A model generated the notes under the pieces. That model ran no database searches. It saw only the letters and a list, made by a program, of their open reading frames with translations, and had not been told where the DNA came from. Positions 1 to 13,235 of a stretch of DNA of 64,000 nucleotides are shown piece after piece (positions within the stretch are counted from its first letter, which is position 1; each line of letters begins with the position of its first letter). Source of the stretch: Octopus sinensis (lineage: Eukaryota); NCBI RefSeq assembly GCF_006345805.1, contig NC_043021.1:28148001-28212000 (forward strand), read 5' to 3'. A program made the position numbers and the translations under genes.

Positions 1-172
1 TTTGATTTTTTAATGTCTCTACCCCCATACTTTCGTGAGTTGAATTGAGCAAACACTATATGAGAGAGGTTTTCTTTAAGTATTAGAAATAGTTTTAAAA
101 AAGTTTTTTTTAGCTGCTATTTCTAATGAGTTCAGTATGCGGCAAAGTAATTTATTTTACTAAGCCCTTTTA

Positions 173-191
173 TATAATATATATGTATATA

Positions 192-224
<33 letters not shown>

Positions 225-248
225 GTATATATATATATTATATATTAC

Positions 249-294
<46 letters not shown>

Positions 295-298
295 TATA

Positions 299-354
<56 letters not shown>

Positions 355-596
355 GTATATATATATGTATATATATATGTATATATATATGTATATATAT
401 ATATATGTATATATATATGTATATATATATAATATATGTATATATATATGTATATATATATGTATATATATTATATATGTATATATATATGTATATATAT
501 TATATATATAATATATTATATATATATATTATATATATAGAGAGAGAGAGAGAGAGAGATACATATATACATATATATATACATATATGTATATAC

Positions 597-627
<31 letters not shown>

Positions 628-680
628 CACACATATACATACATATATATATATTATATATATATATATATATTATATAT
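173..680. repeat. Compound (TA)n-based microsatellite
   Basis: Interrupted TA/ATGT/AG runs that account for the Y/I-rich 198-aa ORF. Confidence 0.95.
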
Positions 681-729
681 CGTTATATTTCGGAATGGTC
701 ATATTGCCAGTTTAGCCAATAAAAACACA

Positions 730-1085
730 CGCACTATATATTTGGTGTTATTTTGCTTCAGTGTTATTTATTTTTTACATTAATCTTAATCTTATTTCGG
801 CCAGAGTTCTTTCGTCACACTCCTGTGACCGCATCAGTGGTCCTTTGTTTTCTTCTTTCTTATTTGTGTCTCTCCTTACTAACCATCAGCCATTTTGTAT
901 TTCTATTGTATGTCTTCATTTGCGCATGCTTATATCTCTATGTGCGTCTATGTTTATTTAGTGTGTGTGTTGGAGGGATGCCTGTAATATTTGTATCTTC
1001 TGTTTATATATGTTCATGTAATTTGCATTTTGTTTTTGCTGTTTTTGTTTATTCTTATTTTGTTCATGTGTATGAAAATATGCCA
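730..1085 (-). mobile_element. Penelope-like terminal-repeat fragment carrying a degenerate hammerhead
   Basis: Contains the HHR-like motif at 799-843 in a pyrimidine-rich repeat-like tract; the class is inferred from the motif only. Confidence 0.45.
799..843 (-). ncRNA. Degenerate minimal type I hammerhead ribozyme
   Basis: Minus strand reads GGACCA CTGATGC G GTCAC-AGGAGT-GTGAC GAAA GAAC TC TGGCC: perfect 5-bp stem II, GAAA, core A9->C, bulged stem I. Confidence 0.6.
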
Positions 1086-1090
1086 ACCAG

Positions 1091-1172
<82 letters not shown>

Positions 1173-1198
1173 GATATCTATCTATCTATCTATCTATA

Positions 1199-1238
<40 letters not shown>

Positions 1239-1239
1239 G

Positions 1240-1277
<38 letters not shown>

Positions 1278-1278
1278 A

Positions 1279-1326
<48 letters not shown>

Positions 1327-1370
1327 AATCAATCTATCTATCTCTCTATCTCGCTATCTATCTATCTATA
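1091..1370. repeat. (TCTA)n microsatellite
   Basis: About 70 TCTA units. Confidence 0.95.
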
Positions 1371-1713
1371 GTGTAGGATTGAGTGCGTGTTTCTGTTGGT
1401 TTGTAAGTTATGTATGTTTGTACACATACGTGTGTGTGTGTGTGTGTATGAGTGTGAGAGTGTGTGCGCGCGCGTGTGTGTTTGCATCAGAGAGCAAGCT
1501 TTAAATTGCTATGTTCAAACAAAACCACTTGTGTAGTATATATTTCGCATAAATTTCACAAACACTCACTCATAAATGCTTTGGAAATTAAAATATAAAG
1601 AAACTTGGAATTGACTAGTTCGATGAGCCATGACTAATGACACTAACTGTAATGAAATGAATAATGTATATAACAATGCCAACAATAAGAATAATTCATT
1701 CTAATATAGGAAG

Positions 1714-2520
1714 AAGGCAACGAGCTGCCAGTGTCGTTAGCAAACCGGGTCAAATATTTAGCGACATTTCGCCCGTCTTTACGGTCTGAGTTCAAATGCT
1801 GCCGGAATCGACTTTTGCCTTTCAGAATCGTTAAATTAAGTATCGGTTGAACGTTGAAGCCAATGTTCCCGACTTAATCTTTTCTTAATCTTGTGCCAAA
1901 ATTTGAAACCGATATAAGAACTAGTCATAAAATTTTGGAGGGGAAATTAGTCGATTACATCGAACCAAATGCTCGATTGGTATTTTTTGATGGACTCCGA
2001 CAGGGATGAAAAGCAAATTCAACTTCGGTGGAATTAGAATTTGGGACGAAAAACCAGGAGAAATTCCACGAAGCATTTTTTCTAGTGTGCATTTGATTCC
2101 GTTTGCTCACCATCTACATCATAATAATGGTTCTCGACTATAGACCTAAGGCCTGAAATTTTGTGGCTAGCTTACCCGCTTACGAACAAAAACACCACAA
2201 CTAACAACAATGATAATAACAGTCTCAAATTCTGGCACAAGGCCAGCAAGATAGGGGGAGGGTAGATGTCAATTTCATCGACCTCAGCGTTTAAATGGCA
2301 CTTTTTTTTATCGACCTTGAAAGGATGAAAGTCAGAATCGACCTCGGTGGAATTTAAACTCAGAACATAAAGACGGACGAAACGTCGCAAAGCATTTTGA
2401 CCGGTGTGCTAACAATGCCAACTGGCCGCCTTTATCAATAATAATGCTTTCAAATTTTTCCACAAGGGCAGCAATTTTGGGGGAGGGGATGAGTCGATTA
2501 CATTGACCCCGGTGGATGAG
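1714..2520. mobile_element. Cluster of decayed family-A tRNA-derived SINEs (1714-1910 plus; about 1925-2090, 2225-2435, 2445-2520 minus)
   Basis: Share the B-box GAGTTCAAAT and the core GACTTTGCCTTTCATCCTTTCGGGGTCGATAAA found in more than 25 copies in the window. Confidence 0.8.
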
Positions 2521-2524
2521 ATCA

Positions 2525-3290
2525 GGTATTGTTTCGATCGTTTGTTGGTCCGCTTGACTTAACAGCTCTAGTCCTTGATTCTAGCAATTTTGTTGGTGTT
2601 ACTTGTGTATTTGGAGAATCTCAACTTTATCTTCAGAGTCAAGTAGGATGGCCGCCACTAACCAAAATATGCCAAATTCTGGGGGTACATCACCAATTTT
2701 TATTTTGGAAACTCGCCGACCGAGGTAAGTCGGTAAGAGCACTAGTTCCTCTGTCTTTAGGAATACTGTGGAGTCCTACCTTGCTTCGTCTTCCGTCGTG
2801 AACCTCACTTCCACAGTGTTATATTTTCTCCTCCTTGCCACGTATGTCATCTTATTCCAGATTGGTAGCAAGCATTTTCAAATTGTTCTTTTGTAGTTTA
2901 TTAATTTTTTACTTTTTCTTTTCCTTCGTTAGAGTTTTGTAGACAACAGTTCTGAGGATTGTGTTTTGTATAATTTGTGGGGTTCAATAAGACATTTCTA
3001 CAGTTTATTTGTACTGATCCTGTATAATTCTTTAATCTGTCAATATATATATATATTGTCTCTTGATTGACTCTCACGGCAGCAGCAAAACCGCGACTGC
3101 CGCATTTATCTTTCGCATCTTCCCCGTTGATTTCAATTGTGTTCGCGGTTGTGGCGGTGGTGGGAAACAGTTTCTTCTTGCTCGTAACAAGGAAGAGAGG
3201 GAAACATTCTTTCGTACTGTCTAATTTTTTTTTTTGGGGGGGGTCTCCAAAGCTGGAAGTTATGTTTGTGCTCAGAATAATAATTGAGTA
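2525..3290 (-). pseudogene. Decayed gag-like ORF1 of a non-LTR retrotransposon (L1/Tx1-like by inference)
   Basis: Manual minus-strand translation with stops and frameshifts gives MTYVARRRKYNTVEVRFTTEDEAR*...VLLPTYLGRRVSKIKIGDVPPEFGIFWLVAAI, which aligns to the ORF at 34391-35137. Confidence 0.6.
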
Positions 3291-3340
3291 TTATAAAGTC
3301 AAAGCGATACACAATTAAATTCAAGATTGAAATTCTTTCC

Positions 3341-3399
3341 CGAGCCTTGTGAGTGGATTTGGTAGGCGGAAATTGAAAGAAGCCCGTCGTATATACGTG

Positions 3400-3432
<33 letters not shown>

Positions 3433-3687
3433 ATGTATTTATATATATATATGTGTGTGTGTGGATTTATGTGTATCTGTGTCTTTGTGTCTGTTTGTTC
3501 CCCTACCTTGCTTGACAACGCATGTTGGTGTCTTTATGTCCATGTAACTTAGCAGTTCAGCAAAGGACACCGATATTAGACTTATAAAGAATAAGTCCCG
3601 GGGTCGATTTCTTCGACTAAAACCAAACCCCTTCAAAGCGGTGCTTCAACATCGCCGGACTCAAAAGACTGAAACAAGTAATAGAAT
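3341..3687 (+). mobile_element. Family-B SINE (CORE-like), 5' truncated
   Basis: GCCTTGTGAGTGGATTTGGTAG...GAAAGAAGCCCGTCG, internal TA/TG run, 3' end GACTGAAACAAGTAA shared with other copies. Confidence 0.85.
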
Positions 3688-4370
3688 AGCAGGAGAATAT
3701 ATACATACACACATTCCCCAATTTCCACTCACAATCGGCACCGAGATGAGATTGTCGATACGCATCCTATACTATTTGTGGGAAAAATTCAAAATGTTAA
3801 ATGTTAGTTTAATTTGATTCACCCGAAGAAAACGGTTTTTTACATTATGTAATTGATTTGTTCAGAAATAAAAACACGTGCGAAACAGCTGTAGTGAACA
3901 TCAGCCCATTTGTGTTATTATTTATACTACACTACAGTCAGAACGTTCCCTATAATGAATCTTGAGTCTACGGTGGACCGTACTCTGCATGCCAGATTAT
4001 ACACGTGTAATTTTATATGTACGTTGGGTGTATTTGTTTTACGTGTGGATGTGTGGGTAACTGGATAGGCAATCCGTATATGTATTAGTAAATACTTGAG
4101 TAGCCGTACACACTGTCGATACAAGGGTATGCTATGCTGAACCCTACCTCGGTGTCTTTGTTATTAAAATACCTCGATTCTATTATGAAAATTATCATTA
4201 TATATATGTGTGTGTATGTGTGTGTGTGTGTGAGTGTGTGCACTTTTGATGTAATATCTATTATACACCTAACAACAAGATTGTGAAACAGCTGTAACGA
4301 ATGGAATAAAGATCTAACTCTCTCACTTCACTTCTCGCATCTGCTCTACTTTTATGTGTTTGTGTGCCTG

Positions 4371-4406
<36 letters not shown>

Positions 4407-4821
4407 CGCGCCCGTATGTGTGTATATGTGTGCGTTTGTGTGAGTGTGTGTATGTTTAAAATACTGTGACTGATCGTTATATGCATTTTTGCGATACACC
4501 AAAGTAAGAAATTGAATTTAGCGATCTCTTCACAAAATTTACCGTCTATCTTACTTAACAGGAACCAATATGGAAATTGTGACATTGTCATATTTGAAAT
4601 TTCAACTCTTAGACATCGGAATGGAATTCAGATGACGGAATCACTCGATATATCTTTTGGAAATGTCACACATGATGTGGATAATATAGCAATTATAATC
4701 CGTGATCATCCCATCATTGAATAATCTACTGCAGTGCTTGAGTGTGTAATACACCTCGTGCTTACACATAATGCCATTCTGATCTGCTTTATTTCCACGA
4801 ATATTCTAATCTGCTAAATGC

Positions 4822-5265
4822 CAGTGAGCTGGCATTATCGTTATTGCCCCGGGCAAAATTCTTAGCGGCATTTCGTCTGTCTTTACTTCCTGGGTTCAAA
4901 ATCCGCCGAGGTCAACTTTGCATTTCATCCTTTCGGGATGATGAAATAACTACAAATTGCATAAAGCGGTCGATGTAATTGAATTACCTCCACCCCGGAA
5001 TTTGCAGGCTTTGTGCCTAAATTTGAAAGCAGATATTCTAATAAGCTATGAGGCGGAAAACAGACAGAATTGTTGGCAAGTTGAGCAAAATGATTAGCAG
5101 CATTTGCTCACTCTATACGCGCTCAGTTCAATATCCACCCAGGTAGACTTTGATTCTTTTCATGTCGGGGTCGATAAAATAAGTAAAAGCTGGGCACTGG
5201 GGTCGAGGAGATGAACTTACCCTCACTCGCGAACGGTTTTGTGCCAAAATTTGAAAGCAATATTC
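4822..5265 (+). mobile_element. Two old tandem family-A SINE monomers
   Basis: Degenerate head, B-box, core and Y-type tail (GTGCC..AAATTTGAAA) occur twice. Confidence 0.75.
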
Positions 5266-5284
5266 TGTTCAGCTATAGTTTGGT

Positions 5285-5687
5285 AATATTCTTTTCTACT
5301 CAAGGCACAAGGCCTGAAATTTTGGGGAGGGAGGCCAGTAGATTAGATCGACCCCAGTGCGCAACTGGTACTTAATTTATCGATACCGAGAGGATGTAAG
5401 GCAAAGTCGGCCTCGGCGGAATTTGAACTCAAAACGTAGCGGCAGACGAAATACCTATTTCTTTATTACCCACAAGGAGCTAAACATAGAGTGGACAAAC
5501 AAGGACAGACAAACGGATTAAGTCGATTATATTGACCTCAGTGCGTAACTGGTACTTATTTAATCGACCCCGAAAGGATGAAAGGCAAAGTCGACCTCGG
5601 CGGAATTTGAACTCAGAACGTAACGGCAGACGAAATACCGCTAAGCATTTCGCCCGGCGTGCTAACGTTTCTGCCAGGTTGCTACCT
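5285..5687 (-). mobile_element. Family-A SINE dimer: head-core-X tail / core-Y tail
   Basis: Two cores; junction AAAGAAATAG|GTATTTCGTC near 5455. Confidence 0.9.
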
Positions 5688-5759
5688 TTTTGAAATCGAT
5701 ATTGTTATATGATTATTAATTTTTCTTTATTTTCATTATCTTCCAGGAGACGAAACACT

Positions 5760-6560
5760 TTTCTGAAAATGCTGTGTATCCAAGTTATATTTTCTTAACA
5801 TATATAGTTCTTTTGGCACAGCTAACTCACATTAGATAAGTAGCATATTTAAAAATTACTTTTCCCTGGAGATAGTAGAACATCTACTGTGTAATTAGCA
5901 TGTACTTCCTTTAATTTGTCACGTTCCGTTCGACATCTATCAAGCACTTGATGTCTTAACTTTTTCTTATTCAGTCCACAGATTGATCTCATTTTTCTTC
6001 TAAAAAAAAAAAAAAAGAACTTCAGAATATTTTTTACATAAATATATTGCTCTCCATATTAGATTTCTATGGAAGTTCATGCCGTTGCTAGAAAAAAATA
6101 ACAATAATATTACTTATCACGAAAGCTGAACGCTAAGCTGAAACAATTATTTTTTTCTCCCTCTGTACTATCTGACATTGAGATAACTAACAGCGTCCAT
6201 GATACTACAAAAATCAACATCAAATATTTATTCAACATTTTGAAAATTGAATAGCAATAGAAGTTATTTTCTGTAATATACAATGTATACCGAATACTTA
6301 TATTTTTATCTTTAAATATCTCAAAACTGCTAGGTTGATAGAATCTTCAGAACACCTGGAAAAATTCGTTGCCCAATTTACCTGACCTTTCTGATACCAA
6401 TCCTGTGACCTCAGCAAGTTCTGTAGCACATACTTTCTGTTTTAAAGTAATCCGAATTAAAACCTTCTCTCAAACTTCCATGTCAGGTAGTAATCCAAAT
6501 ATCAGTTTTATAGTAGCAATGTATTATGCTGGATTTCTTATTTCCAAAATTAAATGAAAC
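5760..6560 (+). pseudogene. Possible decayed hAT transposase C-terminus (dimerisation-domain-like)
   Basis: PVTSASSVAHTFCFKVIRIKTF..SM resembles the hATC motif PVTSASAERSFS.LKRIKT.LR.SM; the rest is full of stops. Confidence 0.35.
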
Positions 6561-6730
6561 ATTGTCAATATATTTTAAAGTGATTTGTTGTATAAAGCCG
6601 GAACAACGCGAGAAGGTACAAAGTAAACTTCTGAAAAGGGGGTCAAAACTCCGAAACATACAGAAGAAATCTCTTTAAAGTTATACCACAAAATGCTTCA
6701 CAAAAACTACTCTGTCTCAAGGGCAATATA

Positions 6731-7025
6731 TATTGTGTCCTCCCATAAATAATGCAGTTTTCTCAACTGCGAGAGCTAAAGGTCGGGGTGGGGCCGGGTT
6801 AAACTACCTGCACCAACCTGCTATGAAAGCAAGTAGTAATTTTACCTTGTATTTATTCTTAGTTCAAATTTTCAAGAGTGGAGTTCGATTTTTTAAAGCT
6901 GTAATGGAAGTGTAGAAGGAGCGTAATCGGCATATTTTGCTTTATGAGTTCAAAAAAGACAACAACGCAACGGAAATGTGAGTAATATTAATGCAGTATA
7001 TAGGGATCGGACAATGAGTGTAATT
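6731..7025 (+). mobile_element. Mariner element 5' fragment
   Basis: TA|TATTGTGTCCTCCCATAAATAATGCAG terminus, then MEV*KERNRHILLYEFKKDNNATE (mariner HTH); same family as 23240-24126. Confidence 0.8.
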
Positions 7026-7026
7026 C

Positions 7027-8456
7027 GATCTCACCTCCCTGTTCCCATGTAGCAACGTCCTCAAGCAACATGTACGGCGAAGCAGCTTCCAGACCAGGAA
7101 ATGGAATCTCGCGAACCTTTCAAAGCGTTCATTGTCTAAACTAGATGAAGGACCTGGATGGACAATGGAAGTTGGAATCTCGAAGCCGAAGTTGACAGAG
7201 GGTGAAGTGATGCCTGGATCTTCTGGAAGAAGAACTTGAAGATGAAACTTGCGATTCAGACTCTGACCCTGAGAGTGAAAGTGATTTCCTTGACGGAGTA
7301 GGATCGGAACAGTGATACTGAAATCGATGGTGATGATTAATAATCGGACACTTGAAATGAGTCAGGAATGTAATAGATGTTTCACAAATAATGTTGTTTT
7401 TGACAATTATGTGACGAATGTGGATGGGACGAAGTTAATGAAACTAAAAACAGGCGAAAATAAGATGCAACAAAGTAAGAATTAGGATTTGTGCTTTTAC
7501 TGGAAATGTGTTAATTCAAATTACAATGATCCGAAGGATGCTCAGCTGAGATTTCTAACTCAACTTTAAAACCAACTCGTACATTTATTGTTTTAATTCT
7601 GTGTATATACTTACCAAGAAGGAAAGTAACTGCAGCAACACTTGAAATGGATCTTGTTTAAACATGAGAGATAGAATGTATTATACAAGCCAGCATTTGT
7701 TTCAATATGAAAATTATATGCCACATTTCATAACGATCATGTATAACAAAGTGCTATGGTGTAGGTAGGGTTAACTTTCGTTTACTTTTGATTTCAACAA
7801 CCTCTTTGATGGAAATATTTGCATATTTTGATGTTTCATTTGATAAATCAACTCAAATATCATCATCTGAAGTCATTTGCAATGATTCAAGGAGAGATTC
7901 CTAAGTACCACTTGCTAAATTGTTTTACTTCCATTCGACACATTGAGCAATACTTATAAAGTAGTATTTAAAAGTGCAGAAATTTCTCACGTTCCATGGG
8001 AGTAAACACTACTTCTTCTCAATTTTGTTTTAGTTCTGGTATTAAAAAACACATGTACACCTTCCGTTTGATCAATTTTCAATAAGAAAAAAACGTCATA
8101 TGCTCTTGTTGATAAATAAAACCTGTGAATGCGAGAATAAATTTGCTTAGCATTTACATGAATTTGTAGATCTTGACCAGGCAATTATCTTAAGCGGTCA
8201 TTTCAAATATTTTGACGAAAAGTTGCAAAGTTAGAGCTGTCTGAATTTTCCATATTTTCCTAATTTTCCGCCTCCAGCTGTAAAAGTGGGCGTGGTCAAA
8301 AAGTCCATGGCTGGTATCTTCCATCCCAGTTTTTCTCTTTTTTGCTGGCAACATCAATTTTCTAACTTGATGGACCTAGGGCTACATGAAAATACCCATT
8401 AAAGTAAATTACAAGGTGGTGGGAGTGTACCATGACCCCCAGTAGCCCATAGCCTA
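7027..8456 (+). mobile_element. 3' portion of a probable Academ-like DNA transposon
   Basis: DLTSLFPCSNVLKQHVRRSSFQTRKW...GPGW followed by an acidic tail resembles the recalled LPP..AL..H..RA.YQ..IW...GW motif; right end reads ...CCTA (TAG on the reverse strand). Confidence 0.45.
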
Positions 8457-8459
8457 GAG

Positions 8460-9134
8460 CACTGGTCGCCAAAGGGGACCACAGAGACCCCATAGGGGTC
8501 GGCAAAGATTTACAGGGATCAATGATAGTCAAGGGATCGACTGGGGATCAGCGTGCGAAAGACCAGCTCACCCAGATGGACTGCTTGAAATATTTAGTCA
8601 GCACATGCTCATCCCTCACCCTGATGTTGTCAATTTCAATGAAAGATATTCCATATTGCGTCTGTCTCTACGCTCTGAGTTCAAATTCCGCCGAGGTCGA
8701 TTTTGTCTTTCATCCTTTCGTGGTCGATAAATTAAGTACCAGTTGAGTTGAATACTGGGGTCGACTTATCGACTGGCCCCCTCCCATAAAATTTCGGGTC
8801 TTCTGCCTAAAATAGAAAAGAATAAAAGATATTCCAGCAATATAATGCACTTTTCACATTTTCTAACCATGAAAACAATTTTATAAAAATTGAAAGTTTA
8901 ATACGGTATACTCGACCACATAGTTTTAAAAGAGTGTCATCTCCTATACAATTTCTTAATTTGTCATACATGTATATTTTAGCTAACATTTTAATTGCCA
9001 GCATGAGTACCTGGTATGCATTTATGATATGGTACTGTAGGGTAAGTTATTAAGACATTTTAAATGAAGAGGGTGGTTGATGCGGAAGAAGTGGGCAAAG
9101 GGGGCCGATGGTCGAAAAAGTTCGGCGACCCCTG
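8460..9134. mobile_element. hAT (Charlie/Buster-type) non-autonomous element with an internal family-A SINE (about 8655-8825)
   Basis: Termini CACTGGTCGCCAAA and TTCGGCGACCCCTG are imperfect inverted repeats; 8-bp flanks GCCTAGAG and GCCTACAG (7/8 match, central TA). Confidence 0.75.
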
Positions 9135-9360
9135 GCCTACAGTGTTGCCAGGCAGGGGATGTGAATTAGTGTTGCAAAAACTGAAACATGGCCCTCGCAA
9201 GAAAGTCTTCTCAGTGCACACTGCATGCTATTTAATGGAAAATTACAAAGACTATTGGAGAAGTTTAATTATCACGGGGCCCGGCATTCGACCCTCAGAA
9301 GGGGAGAGATTAGTAAAAACAAACTTCTTATCTTCCATTTGCTTTCGGTACCTATCCACA

Positions 9361-9800
9361 GCTACGGTCATGAATAATGGGTAATGATCGAAATTATGTT
9401 ATCACGAATGCAATTGGTCGAAATGAAGTTCTTTCGAAGGAACTCTAGAGTAATGTTACTTGTCAGGGTGTCTAACTCGGAGCTCTCCAGTTCGAACTGC
9501 TATTTCTCCGCATTGACAGGTCACAGGTCCGATAGTATGGATAAGTGGTTAGAATGTCGCAGAAAATATCGGAGAATAGATTCCACAAGCCGAGCTAATC
9601 GGCAGGTAAGATAGTGATAGACCAAGGATGAGATGGTTGGATAATAGCCAGAGATTCAGTTGGTTTAGCTTGAGTGTTGGGGTTCAAGCCAGGAAATGTA
9701 ATGACGGTTGCTACTGATAAGACAATATGGCGTAGGCGTTTGAGGAATCTACTCGCCACCCCATCACGATCCTCCCAGGAGTGGGTTGAGAACATGAGTA
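9361..9800 (+). mobile_element. RTE-clade LINE (Rex3/Expander-like) ORF2 3' end, decayed
   Basis: YGHE*WVM...RMQLVEMKFFRR...RSQVR*YG*VVRM...RPRMRWLD motifs. Confidence 0.8.
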
Positions 9801-11569
9801 GACATCAAGTTCGATTTCATTGCAGCTGCTTTAGATCTGTCTTCTTAGAATCAAACATGATGAAGTAGAGCTACAATGAAAATTGCGCTCCACCCATGAC
9901 TGTTTCCTCTTATTTATCAGGTATTGTATTTTAATTGTAGAGTGTGTGTATAGACAACCGTACATTATTTAAAATATCGCTCCTTCTTTATTTTATTTTT
10001 TGCTCTTTAAAAGCAATGTTTTATAATTTAAACATGATTTGGACGATATTTCATGCAGGCCAATGGACATTCGAGTTTGTTCCCATGCAAGAAAGCTTAG
10101 ATCTATGCGAAAACCAAATTTACTTCATTTACAAAAAGAAAAGAAAAAAATCAAGCGAAACATAATAAAAATATACTAAATATCTTTTCCTCTTAATTTA
10201 GAAGTTCATGTGAAGAATCGATAATGGTTAAGAAGTATGTCTTTCTCTTATAATCTTGACTGGAAGTACCGAACTGCAGATCATCATATCTCCTTTACTG
10301 GAAGAAAAAATGTCCACTAAGCATTTTACAATAGTCATTTGTAGTAATTTGATTTTTCTTGCATTTCTTTTTACTAATTTATATCATGTGTCACGGGAAA
10401 AGAAGTGCTAAAGGTGGTCAGCATATCGTTTTTTTATTAAGATGATGAAGAATATAGATTCTCTTGGCAATAAAGAGATGTTACGCAAACCAAAATGCCA
10501 CTCATACGAACTATAATCCACAAAGTTTGACAGCATCGTACTTAGACAAAATCATAATTTTTAGTCCAGAGTCTTATTGAGTTTTTCTTATATTTCGCTT
10601 GTTGCTTTTTCCCACTCTAAGTATGAATTCTCCAAACAGCAACGTAAACGTCACCGCGAATACCAATACATGAAAAGAAGTTGAAACAAGATCAAACATG
10701 ATCAGCAACAACAACAATAAAACTGCCGTTAAACCTTACTGGATATGACAGGTCTGAAGAGAAATGCAACAGGTGTACACTACAAACTACTAAAGATGTA
10801 ATGTTTCAGTCACTTTCTCTTTGGAAGATTTTCAAATATATGAGTTTGTAATAATGTTATTGCGGAAAAAAAGTTTTGTTACCAGAGTGACAGTCGGTTT
10901 CATCCGTCCGAACAGAAGTCACCATTATTAAACGAATATATACAATACAGGCGCGGCTGTGTGGTAAGAAGCTTGCTTCCCAACCAGATAGTTCCGGCTT
11001 CACTCCTACTGCATGGCACCTTGGGTAAGTGTCTACTATTATAGCCTCGAACCTACCAAAGCCTCGAGACTGGATTTGGTACATGGAAATTGATAAAAGC
11101 CCGTCGCATATATACGACAAACGTGCTCTCGCAGTAAACACCATGGCTCTAACAACCGCTACTAAAATCAAACCCCGATGAACAGAGTAGATAGACTTGA
11201 AGTTGACCATTTGAAACTAATGGAAACAGCACACGGATATCGCATAACTAGATCTCGGATATCGCACACGGATATCGCATAACTAGATCTCGTTATGCAA
11301 ACAATCAGGTGCATAATCAGATTCCTATATTCTTGGAGAACTATGTTGCATCGAAACGTTTGTAGCGAATAATAAATAAATGTCCAACCGTCCTCCGTCT
11401 TCTTGACTCCAATTTCTTAAATTTTACAATCACACACGACGAACGCACAAACTTAAACGTGGAAGTATATAATAATACTACTGATAGTACTGAATAATTG
11501 CGAAGGTGGACGATCTTTATGCTGTACTCTTCCACGATTCTGACGGAATATAACATAACTGTATATATA

Positions 11570-11608
<39 letters not shown>

Positions 11609-12251
11609 TACATACATACATAATACATACATACATACATACATACATACATACATACATAAATTTATAAATAAGGACATTCTCGATATTTAAATATCGA
11701 TATTATCAAGTGGCCAGCATGGGAAAAATACCATACAAAGGTAATAATTTTTTACAACTAAAATAAGGGTGTCTGAGAGACACCACCATGCCGAAATAGA
11801 GACGAATTATATAAATTTATAAATTATATAAATTATATAAATTAAATTTATGTGCCCATCTGATATATTCAACTGATGAAGGCAGAGCTTATTTGAAGGT
11901 AATGTCTCTTGGCTGGCTGTCCGCATCGACTCGCCGCCTCTCCCAACTGAACCCTTTTCCGGCCCTTCGCTGTCTGCCCCGCTACCACCAGTCCATCACA
12001 TTTTAAAGGGTGGCATTTTAATTTTTTTATAACCTTTCTCTGACCGTGTAAGGATCAGAGGTTACTTCCGAAATCATTAATTTTTACCGTTGCCGTTGGC
12101 AGGACAAAATGTTATTTTCGTCGTCCCGAACAACTGGAGCGCTGGTTCAACTCCAACCAACGGAACTAGGGCACAATGTTCCCCTGTTTATTCACCTCCG
12201 TAACAATATATATAAATATATATATACATATATATATATACATATACACAT

Positions 12252-12282
<31 letters not shown>

Positions 12283-12293
12283 CATATACACAT

Positions 12294-12360
<67 letters not shown>

Positions 12361-12385
12361 TAGATAGATAGATAGATACATAAAC

Positions 12386-12419
<34 letters not shown>

Positions 12420-12615
12420 CTATATCTATATCTATCTATATATATATATATCATCGCTTGACAACTGATGTTAGCGGTTCGGCAAAATACACCGATAGTA
12501 TAAGTACTATGCTTACAAAGATTGAGTCCTGGAGTCGATTTGTTCGTTTAAAGGCGGTACTCCAGCATGGCCGCAGTCAAATAACTGAAACAAGTAAAAA
12601 AGTAAATAACAATAT

Positions 12616-12652
<37 letters not shown>

Positions 12653-12727
12653 ACTTAGAATAACTTAGGAAGGTTTTGGCCAGTATTGGCCCAGGCCATG
12701 TCTAACTTAATAGCACCACCTGGCAGA

Positions 12728-12759
<32 letters not shown>

Positions 12760-12787
12760 TATATATATGTATGTATGTTATACCGTT

Positions 12788-13235
12788 TATCTCTTACTTG
12801 TTTCAGTCATTTGACTGCGGCCACGCTGGGGCACCAGCTTGAATTTCTTGTAGAATGAATAGAATACAGAAATACTTGTTAAAGCCTGGCACAGATTCTA
12901 TCGATTCTCTTGCTGAACCGCTAGGGTTACGGAGTTGTAAACACATTGGCACCTGTTGCCAAGAGGTGCTGGTGGGACAAAGCCGGACAGAAAGACGCAC
13001 ACTCACATAAATTGATTTATACACATGCACATATGCACACACTCACGCATGCATACACACACACACTTACACATACGACGGTCTTCTTTCACTTTCTCTT
13101 TAGCAAATCTGCTCAGAAAGGTTTTGGTCAGCGCGAGCCTGTTTGTAGAAATCCCTTCTCCACGGTGCCATGTATTGGGACTGGGCCCAGAACCATGGGG
13201 TGAGGAAGCAAAACTCTTACCACACAGACAATATG
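12788..13235 (-). mobile_element. Family-B SINE, near full length (partial copies also at about 10950-11115 and 12452-12605)
   Basis: Reverse complement of the head, core and 3' GACTGAAACAAGTAAGAG of family B. Confidence 0.8.

Noticed and set aside
126-1376. Long Y/I- and YLSI-rich ORFs here and many similar ones across the track
   Set aside because: They are translations of (TA)n, (TCTA)n, (ATGT)n and (GATA)n microsatellites, which lack stop codons in some frames
11325-11365. GAAACGTT with possible stem I CTATA/TGTAG (hammerhead-like)
   Set aside because: No recognisable CUGANGA and no convincing stem II; too decayed to support
11770-11890. CTGAGAGA..GCCGAAA and CTGATGAAGGC fragments
   Set aside because: Neither has both core halves with a pairing stem II
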